A DNA stretch of 64,000 nucleotides, from assembly GCF_006345805.1 (NCBI RefSeq), contig NC_042999.1, positions 82,398,001 to 82,462,000 on the forward strand. The letters are read 5' to 3'. This document shows positions 54,041 to 64,000 of this stretch, piece after piece (position 1 is the first letter of the stretch; each line of letters opens with the position of its first letter). The notes beneath the pieces are model-generated. The model was not told the DNA's origin. It saw only the letters and a program-made list of their open reading frames with translations, and made no database searches. Position numbers and translations under genes: made by a program. This stretch comes from Octopus sinensis (taxonomy: Eukaryota).

Positions 54041-54549
54041 TGCCATCCGTAACAGACATTGTCACTCTTCAGAAACTGAAAATACTTCAGCTTTGCTGTA
54101 GTGTGCCTAAATGCACACAAGATTTGTATGTGTATGTATGTTTTCGTGTGTGTTTTCGTGTGTGTGTGTGTGTGTGTGTTGTGTGTGTGTGTGTGTGTGT
54201 GCGTGCGTACGTGCTTGTGATTACTGGGGAAGCTTCCTCCTCAATGCACACAGCGATAGAATTGTTTGACATGAACATTCCAATCCAACATGTAACAATT
54301 GGATGGAATTACAGAATGGAAACATTCATTGGCAAGGAAGATATGACTTTTATCAGAAATGTTGGAAAATTTGACCCTTCTCTAGTTCATATTTCTAAGA
54401 CGGTGCGGACGTTCCTGCTAATAATATATTAACACACTATAGACTTCATCAACGAAAATACATATTTTTTGCTAACACAACACAATGAATGTTTCACAAA
54501 CAATCATCTTTCTGCTTTCCAATACCATTATTAAATTGTAAGGTAAGGG

Positions 54550-54755
54550 GGTTAGATGGCAGATTTCGTTAGCAAACCAGAATACAAATATAATGACATT
54601 TCGCCCATTTTTACGTTCAGAACTCAAATGCTGGCGAGGTCGTTCGTATTTTCAACATTTTAGAGTCGATAAAAAATTACCAGTCAAACACTGGAGTCGA
54701 CGCAATCGACTAATGCAATGCCACAAAATTTCAGACTGTGCCTATAATTGAAAAT
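54550..54755 (+). mobile_element. Family A SINE, diverged
   Basis: GGCAGATTTCGTTAGCA...TTTACGTTCAGAACTCAAAT...GAGGTCG...GTCGATAAAA...TACCAG. Confidence 0.7.
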
Positions 54756-55499
54756 ATAATTAAACATCGATTTTTCTTTTGTTTTGTGTTTTTGTTTTGT
54801 TGTTGTTCTACATAAATGGAAACATGTATACTTTTTCTTTTTTATTCTTTTTTATTCTCTCCTAAACGCTAACTGCGCTGTATTTCTTCATATTTTATGC
54901 GTTTCATTTCGATTCCACCACTATGTTCTTTACTTGGATCATCTTTGATAGAACTTAGGTTGTCAGCAATTCTTCTGTTTCTGCCAAAGTTTGACCTAAA
55001 AACATCCTCTGCAAATGTTTAAAATAAACCTCAATCGAGTTCACTCCACAGTCAAGGAGAATCTGCGAAAGTCATATTTTCATGTGAGTTGTCTTTCAAA
55101 CTGACACGTTTGTGTGTGTGAGTGAGTGTGTCTGTCTGTGTGTCTGTCTATGCATACATGTATGCATGTATGTATGTTTGTTTGTATGTATGTATGTATG
55201 CATGTACATATATATGAATATTATTTTGTGTTCATGAATGAAATATAGCATGTGAGTTGCCTGACTTCTCTCAATGTATGCTGACAATCAATATACACAT
55301 GTATATATATGTATGTGTGTGTGTATGTGTGTGTGCGCGTACGTGTGTGTGTATGTATACAAACCTATATGTGTGTGTGTACGTATGTATGCATGTATAT
55401 GCATATGTATATATGCAGATACATCCGCATACATATGTACATGCATGCTCATGCACACATACACACACGCACAAACACGTCCGCGCACACACATAATGC

Positions 55500-55625
55500 T
55501 TTTCTGCTTAGAAGTTATTGATCGACCCTTTTGCTATGATGGAAGAGACAGCCTTAGGGCACTGTACAACGGGATCGAAACCAGAACTATATAGTTGAAA
55601 GCCGAACTTCTTAACCAGGCATCCA
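55500..55625 (-). mobile_element. Family B-like SINE head, diverged
   Basis: - strand GGATGCCTGGTTAAGAAGTTCGGCTTTC...GGTTTCGATCCCGTTGTACAGTGCCCTAAGGC. Confidence 0.55.
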
Positions 55626-55688
55626 TATATACAAAGATGCAAACATAGAGAGAGAGACTGGGTGGGGTAGAGAGAGAAAGACAAAGCG

Positions 55689-55689
<1 letters not shown>

Positions 55690-55783
<94 letters not shown>

Positions 55784-55785
55784 GA
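55690..55785. repeat. (AAAG)n tetranucleotide microsatellite
   Basis: Directly visible. Confidence 0.95.
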
Positions 55786-56407
55786 GCAAGTAGAAAAGAA
55801 CAACTAAGTGAAGGAGAGACAAACATAGCATGACACGGATAAATAAATTTGTAGGTAATTAAACTGATATGCATTTGATAAATAAACACTGCAATATTAA
55901 TTGCTAATTGTAAAGTAGATCATGACGAACCTGACTGTACAGCGAAAGTACATTAAAATAATTACTTCTTGCTTTAAGCCTGAAGCTTGAAGCCACACAC
56001 CATAATAGGACAGGTTTTTCGCCAATATGCGTGCAACATGCTAGATATTTCGTTCTGTTCTCCTAACCTTTGTATCCTAACTGAACATTATATTGACAAG
56101 TATTCCGATGTCAGATATGTGCATTAATAAAGATAGTATTTTAGTAATCTTCATTATTCCACACACACACGTACACACACAGAAAAAAAAAACGTAGCTG
56201 ACATTTCTGGACAGACACGCTTCTTCCACCCGTTCATCAATATAAGCATGTGGTGGTGTGCGCATGTATACATATATACATATGTGTGTGCGCATGTGTG
56301 TGTATATATGCATACACACATATATATATGTATATAAAAATATATAAAGTCCTATATGCATATACATATCTATATATATAGATAACCCTATATGCATAGG
56401 CACGCAT

Positions 56408-56443
<36 letters not shown>

Positions 56444-56689
56444 TATATATATATATATATATATGAATATATATTTTTTACATATATGTTTATACATAAA
56501 TATAGATATGTATATATCTATATATACATATATGTGTGGGTCTGTGCATGTATAATTGTTCGTATATATGTATGCACGAATGCATATATGCCTATGCACA
56601 AGCATACGTACACCTATATGTACGTTAAGGTTGATGTATATGTATCTATTCAAGTTTTAATGTACCTATATATATATATACATTCGTAC

Positions 56690-56755
<66 letters not shown>

Positions 56756-56866
56756 CATCTATGCATGTGTGAATATAGGAATGTCGATATACGCGTATAC
56801 GCCTGTATCAGAAATGATCTTATTATTTTCATTATTATCAGTAATAGTAGTTGTTATTGTAGTATT

Positions 56867-56900
<34 letters not shown>

Positions 56901-57189
56901 TATTATTATTATTATTATTATTATCATTAGAAATTTGCACTTTGAACATGTCAGCGGATTCATGTCTTGATATGTAGGGTTCTGCATCCAACTGTAGTCC
57001 GCCACCATATCACTCTTCTTCGCTATTTTCTTGCCTGACAAACTGCTCGTTTTTAGATTGTGTCCACTCTCTCCCCCCCTCTCTCTCTCTCTCTATCTAT
57101 TTATCTATCTCTCTCTCTTTCCTTTTCTCTCATTCTCTCTTGCTCTCTTTCTTATTGATAGTTTTTCTTTTTCTTTGTTTTTATTTCTT

Positions 57190-57400
57190 TATCTTGATAT
57201 ATGTAATTTTACTAACACTGCTCCCATAGATGCAATCTTTTGTTCGTCGTTAATAGCTCTCCAGAGCTCCTATCAATTTCTTCAATTTCGTGTTCGACCA
57301 CTGGAGAAATGCTGCCGAATATCTCAATATTGGTATTGTCCAGGTGTCGATACCTGTAACGACATTGCTTTTGTTTTTTTTCATGTTATTTCGAGAACTT
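57190..57400 (-). mobile_element. R4/Dong post-RT fragment
   Basis: NVVTGIDTWTIPILRYSAAFLQWSNTKLKKL resembles the INTWAVSLLRYSAAFLDW motif. Confidence 0.65.
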
Positions 57401-58229
57401 CTTGGCGCCTCCCCCCCATCCCACCACCACCACCACCACCATTTTTTATGTCTCCAATGTTATCTTTCATTTTCTCTATGGTGGTTATTTTTATTAATTT
57501 GAATTCCCGTGTCTTCGTGTCCTAGCATGCCATCACTGCATAACTAAGCTAGGCATGTGCATCTTGGATACATCTAGTAGTTTTTTTGTGCGTGTGTTTT
57601 TACGTAATATTAAGAACACATCATGTAATGTCTTGTTACAGGCCTCAGTAGTATTATTTTCTGTCCGTTATGTAAAACTATAACTCTTGAGGCTAGCTCA
57701 AGTATTTATTTCATACATAACAAGCGAAGAATAGAAGTACTAGTGTACATTTATTCCACCTTTACGGCTGTTTCAACAGTATATGTGTAACATAAACATT
57801 TTACAAGCTGGAAAACATGAATATATGAATCAAGATTGTGTAACATCGATTAGGTAATATCTATTACATAATGAAAGACACAGTCATTTTCTATTAATAT
57901 TGATGAGTAAATTACTACATGCAGAATTCAGATCTTTATATACATCTTCACGTGGTCGTTTTGTTAAAACACCTAATACTGCAGTGTTTGCCTTGAGAGG
58001 TTCCTTTATAATGACGCATGGAAAAACATATATAATGACGCATAGACAGTCGTAAAGCACAGACATGTATCGTAACAGACGAGAAACGTCTGGCATGTGC
58101 GACAGAGCTAACCGATCACGTAATTTCAGCATACTATGCATCTTCAGTCACAGGTGACCGCTTGTCATATACTAGCCTAATCTTGCTGATTTTCTGGGGT
58201 TTTTTTATTTTTTATTTTTGATATGATAT

Positions 58230-58620
58230 ATTCCTGTAGTAGGTTTGCAAAGATTATCTTGGTTATCTCACCGAGTCTCTCTTTATATTTCGTGTGTGCT
58301 ATTTTTCTACATTTTATTGCCAATGTTTGATATTTCCTTTGTTTTTTACAATATCTACATGCCTTTTTTTCCCTCCACCGTAGTTGTTTCTGTCTTGTAA
58401 ATACTATATAATATTTTTATCTCTCATTGAGTATTTGCTTTGTTTTATAAATTTCAATGAGTCTTTTTTATATACTGCTTCCTCATTCGGGTGTTTAATA
58501 TATTCACCGTGTATTTCTTTGTGTGATTGTTCCTTAATTATTTTTTTCCCTCGTATTTTTTGTATCCATTAAAGTTATTGATATTATTTTATATGCATTC
58601 TTTTTTTATTTGCATAATAT
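58230..58620 (-). mobile_element. R4/Dong fragment (pre-knuckle and knuckle region)
   Basis: KEIHGEYIK...ACRYCKNKGNIKH...KYKERLGEITKII. Abuts an (AAT)n array at about 58647-58720. Confidence 0.55.
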
Positions 58621-58647
58621 CGTAACCCATATAATAATAAAATTAAA

Positions 58648-58720
<73 letters not shown>

Positions 58721-58810
58721 GTAATAACAAGAGTTGTTACCTTTGTTCACTGGTAGTGAGCAGCTGACACTGTAGTATATCTCCAGCCATTTCAGTTAGT
58801 AGCTTCTGTG

Positions 58811-60202
58811 GGGATCCTTATTGTTGTCCACAGAGGAGTATAAGTTAAGAGCCATGAAGAAAGAGTTGAATAATATATTAATTTTAAATTTAATTTCAGG
58901 CACTACCTCTGTTACATAAGCATAAAATAGGTGAGGATTGTAGAAAGTACCCAAATCACTTAGACTTTGGGAGAAAATGGTTGGGATATTGGCTTCACTC
59001 TTTCACAGACATGTTTCCATCTGCTGGAATTCTATTTTCTATTAGCAGACTTTTTAATTCCTTTATTGCCCACAAGGGGCTAAACATAGAGGGGACAAAC
59101 AAGGACAGAAATACCTATTTCTTTACTACCCACAAGGGGCTAAACACAGAGTGGACAAGCAAGGACAGACAAACGGATTAAGTCGATTAGATTGACCCCA
59201 GTGCTCAACTGGTACTTAATTTATCGACCCCGAAAGGATGAAAGGCAAAGTCGACCTCGAACTCAGAACGTAACGGCAGACGAAATACGGCTACGCAATT
59301 CGCCCGGCGTGCTAACGTTTCTGCCAGCTCGCCGCCTTGTATTAGCAGACCTTTTGAACATTTTGTGTCCTTAACTGTAGTACCTGGAAGGTTTGTATTT
59401 ATTACTGTTTTATATTTCGATACTTTTAAAAGATTTTTTAAAATATTGTTTGTTTTATGTTTATAGCCATGTCAGAAAATTAAATGGGTAACGCATCCAA
59501 CTTTGACCAGCAAGGTCTCTGAGTTTAGAAGCTTAACCCCTGATCAGGGGCCTGATCTAAATCTTTGAAATAATAGTGACATCGCAAAATCGTCCAGGAA
59601 TTTGATGGGAGTGTTCATACTAGGAAACATAAAAACTATTTACATATCAACTACTCAGTTCTATTCACAAGGCTTGGATTAGCCGAAGGCTATCGTTAAA
59701 TTCCAGGTTCTTCGATGTATGATCGAACTCTGAATCACATAACTTGAAAGCGACCTTCTAAATCACACAACCACGTCTGCTCTTAATAATGTAACACTTA
59801 TCATTTTCTGATAGTCAGTGGCGTGTATTTGTGTTTTGTTTTTCTGTGTTGATTCTATCGGATCGTTTTTGGTTTTAACGCACATTTCAGCAGACGTGAT
59901 TGTGTGGTTTAGAAGGTTGCTTTCAAATTATGTGATTCGGAGTTCGATCGTATAGCAAAAAACCAGGACTTTTACGATACATTTGGTCAGATCTAAGCCT
60001 TGCTAGTGGAACTGAGTAGTTGATCTATATATGTTCTTTATGTCTCCTAGTATTAACACTTCTGTCAACTTACTACATTCCTCATCTTTATATGTTTATT
60101 TAATACTAGTGGCTGAAATTAAATTTAAAATTAATGTATTATTCAAAGCTCTCTTCATGGCGCTTAATTTATACTCTTCTTTGGACAACAGTATAGATTC
60201 CC
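58811..60202. repeat. Old inverted duplication (interrupted palindrome)
   Basis: The right arm 59889-60202 is the reverse complement of 59604-59781 plus 58811-58945 (about 75-80% identity by eye). The left arm carries an approximately 650-bp insertion; the spacer is about 105 nt. Confidence 0.8.
59050..59338 (-). mobile_element. Family A SINE with duplicated 3' tail and TSD
   Basis: Young copy. The tail unit CCCACAAGGGGCTAAACA.AGAG.GGACAA.CAAGGACAGA occurs twice. TSD TATTAGCAGAC at 59040-59050 and 59340-59350. Confidence 0.92.
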
Positions 60203-60344
60203 TCATAAACCGCTTACAAAAACAGCTTAATTAGTGCGTCTGGTGGTATGCTTAGTTTAATGCTAAGCATCCTGAGACTACATGATGGAGTGTTATCTTC
60301 ACAACCTACAGTCAGCTAATATATATTTCAATTGATGTCGTCAG

Positions 60345-60546
60345 ATAGATCGTTAGCTCCAACACGCATTTTTTTCTCTCCTTGTTTCTCTCCTTGTTTT
60401 TTTTTTCTGTGTATCTTTCTGTTGAAGAGCGTAGGCTCGAAACGTAAAAGACTTGTTCTATTTCTATTCCTGAGCGCCATACTAATACATTTGTTTGTTT
60501 GTACTCCACCTGCCTTCGTCTTTTGTTTATTTTCGTAAACCTTCCC
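60345..60546 (+). mobile_element. PLE-like terminal repeat with minimal hammerhead variant (60414-60451)
   Basis: TCTTT-CTGTTGA-A-GAGC-GTAG-GCTC-GAAA-CGT-A-AAAGA; homologous to 50820-51075 and 38700-38880. Confidence 0.75.
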
Positions 60547-60778
60547 GTCGTCAACCTGTCGTTGCTTAGTTCCGCATGAGTTAACCTCTTAACTAAGTCA
60601 TTCAAGCCATGATTACCCTATCGGGGCTTCAGGAGTAGTGTATTCTGAATTACATTATAGAGTGAGATTTTTAATGACGTTGACCTGGAATTTGGTTGCT
60701 CTTTCTGGCATGCTTATCGTTCATATTTCTCATGTCTTTCTCGTTGATTGGAATGTAGTTATTTATTTATGGACAGGC

Positions 60779-60808
60779 AGTGATCTTGAACTGCTTTCAG
60801 GAAGCTGT
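60779..60808 (+). other. Candidate 30-nt exon (or 6-nt microexon GAAGCT, 60803-60808)
   Basis: Acceptors TTTATGGACAG and CTGCTTTCAG, perfect donor GTGAGT. Frames AVILNCFQEA or GSDLELLSGS are open. Confidence 0.25.
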
Positions 60809-61133
60809 GAGTTTCAGCGTTTCAACTTCTTCACATTCACAACTGAGATCGTTATGTGAACTATATTTACTCCTTTTGACTTTGTAACACTATTGACTGT
60901 GCAAAGGTTTTTTTGTCACCATCTACTTATCATTATCTTTTCAGGTGAACTGCTTATTTATCTCGCATTTATTTTTTTATATTTCTTCAAATGATTTGTT
61001 TTCTTGTTCCTCCCCTACTCAAACTACTTTGTTATATTTGTCCGACTTTACACAGATAAAAGTATATTGTTTCTAGAATTGCTTCTTAACTGTGCGTGTT
61101 AATCTCCTGCTATTTACTGCTCTAATTTTACAG

Positions 61134-61180
61134 TCCTCCTCTGTGATAAATATAGCCAAGCAGTGTCTACTTAAGTGGTG
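61134..61180 (+). other. Candidate 47-nt internal exon
   Basis: CTCTAATTTTACAG acceptor with branch-like CTAAT, GTG|GTAAGG donor, and a single open frame SSSVINIAKQCLLKW. Confidence 0.33.
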
Positions 61181-61449
61181 GTAAGGGAAACATCTTCAAC
61201 ATGCAGCTCTCATTTAAGCTACTTAGTTCATTCGCTTTCAGAATTAATATATTAAAAGTTATTTATTTCATTAAAATATGTTGTATTAAAATGTATTGCA
61301 TTAAAAAAAATTTACTGGTATATCTCATACCTTAATAGTCACAATCTTAGAACATAGTTCTATTCTGAGTCTAAAGCACCAGTAATATCTTGTCTGATGG
61401 GTTTTTTTCTACTGTTTACAATCTGGAATATTATATTTTATTTTTAAGA

Positions 61450-61675
61450 CAGCGTGCTGGGGGAGAATCGTTAGCACGCCGGACAAAATGCTGAGCAGCA
61501 TCACGTCCGTCTTTACGTTCTGACTTCGAATTCCTCCGAGGTGGACTTTGCCTTTCATCCTTTCGGAGTCAATAAAATAAATACCAGTTTAGCACTGTTA
61601 TCAATTTAATCCAATTACACCTCCCCCAAAATTCCTGCCTTCGTGCCAAAATTTGAAACCAATATTATATTTTAT
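61450..61675 (+). mobile_element. Family A SINE
   Basis: GAGAATCGTTAGCACGCCGGACAAAATG...GGACTTTGCCTTTCATCCTTTCGG...AAATTTGAAACCAATATT. Confidence 0.85.
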
Positions 61676-61966
61676 CTTGTTCGTAAGTTCGTCCTCGTTT
61701 TAATCCTTTAATTTCAACATCTTTATTTAATTCTGAACTGTGTCCTTAGACGCTTTGTTTTTTAATGGTATCTTTACACATAAATACACATATTTCCCAT
61801 GAAATATAGATTTCTTCACTAAACTGCTATTTATTTTACAAATCATCATTATTAATAATACTAGTAAGGCTGTGTGCAGGCAGAGTCGTTAGTAAACCGG
61901 ATAAAAATGATTAGAAGCATTTCTTCCGGCTGTTTATGTGCAGAGCACTGCGGCTGATGTGGAGGC

Positions 61967-62230
61967 ACATGACCTAGTGGTTAGAATAGCAGACTCGTGG
62001 TCGAGGGATCGCGGGTTCGAATCTCAGACCGGGTGATGTGTGTGTTTATGAGCGAAACATCTAAGCTCCACGCGGCTCCGGCAGAAGGTAATGGCGAAGT
62101 TCTGCTGACTCTTTCGTCACAACTTTCTCTTACTCTTTCCTCTAGCATCTTGCAGCTCACCTGCGACGGACCGGCGTCCCGTTCAGGTGGTGAACCTATA
62201 TGCCAAGGAAACCGGGAAACCTGGCGTGGC
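61967..62230 (+). mobile_element. tRNA-derived SINE (family C)
   Basis: A-box TGACCTAGTGG and B-box GGTTCGAATCT; homologous to 16209-16520. Confidence 0.85.
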
Positions 62231-62599
62231 TCCAGAAGGAACAAACAGCAACTGCAGCTGATGCAATTGATTTGCTTCGCTCCACCAAAATCAAAGACTT
62301 GGTGCTTATAGCAGACATGAAAGGATTATTAATAGAAATAGTATTTCATTGGTTTTATTGTTTTAATTGTTATTATGGTTAGTCTGAGTTCAAATCATGC
62401 AGTGGTCATTTTTGCTTTTCATTGAAGTCGATTTAGTCCATCATTTCCCCTTCCCCAAAATATCAGGTTCCTCTATTTATCTAAGAAACAATGATCATAT
62501 TTATTTCTTATGGTTTAACGAATATGTCCAGATATTCCTTTACCACAGCACAAAATTTTCGGTACTTCTTGGAAATATTCATATTAAACTATTAAAAGT

Positions 62600-64000
62600 C
62601 AGTAAATACTTTGTTACTGTGATTTGACAACATTTATATAAAAGTGTATTGTTTTCTGGAATGTATCATCTGTGTATATTCCTATAGTTAAATTGTGAAT
62701 CTTTTACCGAATAGGTTATGCACCATTGTGGTTATACCAATTGTATATGAGAATCACACATTTCATATATGTTCTAAAGTATTTAATTCAATATATCCGT
62801 CAGTGTAAAACTCAATTTGCAGCTTACTTCTGCGCAACGTAGTAGTAATTCGCTATTTCTACAGTTATTAAAATACGATTGTCCTTTATATAATATAAAA
62901 TTATGTCAAATTTATTGTTGATAGATCTTTGTATGTCCGTTAGGTAAAATTCCAGAAGGATCTTTGAATTAAAATTTTCTAAGTCAGCTGAGGAAAGTAC
63001 AGAAGGGTTTGAATTAAGAAGTTGAAACTATGTAACAGCCTGCACAAAGCAGTTTCTTGGCGGTTTTCTCACTCTAAGCATATCTTGTGTAGTTAATTTC
63101 GGCTATCCCGATACGAAATGATGTATTGCTCAAGACCGCATAGGTGACATTTGTCATCTATATTATAGGAATTATACATATTTTTACCAGCGTGCTTAGC
63201 AGTCATTGCCTCTTCTTCAATGTCATTTGTGACCGTTTCTGCTACTCCATGGAACTAAATTTGTTCATTCAGACCAGCTAATGGAATGATTGGCTATGTA
63301 ATGTCATGACTTTATCATTGTCTGTTATGACCATCAGTTGCTTCCGCTATATGTCTGTTTTTGACGTTACTTTTGTTTAAGATTCTAACTGAAATGTAAT
63401 GCTTTTTCTTAAAGCAAGTTTGCTGCTACGGTGATTATCGATTTGCTACCTTTCCTATCATCATAGTCAACAAAAGTACGAAGCAATCTTTGTCTTGAGT
63501 TGAAAATATAGGGAACATTATTAATAACTGTCTTCTTATATTGCTCCCTGACATCAATAGTTCCTTGCTCTCTCCTCTCACAATTTTGTTATATGTAAGA
63601 TTTATTGTATACTGCGTGATATTTTCAAGAAATTCCTTAATATTGTAGTCTGTCGGGGTCTAAGTCCGTCTTGTTGCCCTTCAATAAATACAAAACTACA
63701 CGTATCGCTTCTATTGCAAGTGCTAATGGTATTGGGGATTCTGTGAATGTTTATGAGACTTCTCTTGTTTTTATTGCCCTTTTATTTTTGTTTTCATAAC
63801 TTCCACACATACAACTATATTCTCTACAATGCCCGAACGCCTTCAATATTCAGTATTATCCAGTGTATGTGCTGTTTTCGTCTAGTGTCTTTTAAATCAT
63901 GTGACCTATTTGCTACTGTCTCGTTCAATTTGTTAACTTCATATATCTTTCGGGCCAAATGAAATTTTTACACCTTCGCTAAATTCTCAATTTTGAGATT
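62600..64000 (-). mobile_element. About 1.4-kb degenerate R4/Dong ORF remnant (end of RT to RLE domain)
   Basis: EFSEGVKISFG ... LAIEAIRVVLY ... DDKCHLCG ... NNKFDIILYYK...VEI ... TIGITTMVHN, in the collinear order expected for R4/Dong, with many stops. Confidence 0.65.

Noticed and set aside
60312-60360. Minus-strand CTGACGA-CATCAATT-GAAA next to the PLE repeat
   Set aside because: Stem II and stem I do not pair, so it is probably coincidental.

Overview
AT-rich, microsatellite-saturated eukaryotic intronic or intergenic DNA. The SINE types, R4/Dong LINE debris and (TA)n/(TG)n/(GATA)n load strongly suggest an octopus genome; this is inferred from repeat content, and no search was run. No host gene can be confidently identified. 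Almost all ORFs in the six-frame track are microsatellite translations, and only a few weak candidate exons remain. Most non-microsatellite sequence is mobile-element debris: three or more tRNA-derived SINE families, R4/Dong, RTE, CR1-like and Tx1/L1 LINE fragments, a Penelope-like RT fragment, a DD36E Tc1-like element, a mariner, three non-autonomous Helitrons and several MITE-like inverted repeats. The most interesting signals are: (i) hammerhead ribozyme motifs in two Penelope-like terminal-repeat families, namely a complete type I hammerhead at 9285-9335, a head-to-head hammerhead pair forming a 61-bp hairpin at 42110-42233, and a minimal hammerhead subfamily with a shared A6->U core change; (ii) a pri-miRNA-like hairpin at 51131-51226 whose stem mismatches are all G-U compatible; (iii) a young Tx1-like LINE embedded in a (GATA)n array; (iv) an old inverted duplication at 58.8-60.2 kb. 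All alignments, translations and folds were done by eye. Boundaries of degenerate elements are approximate (tens of bp).
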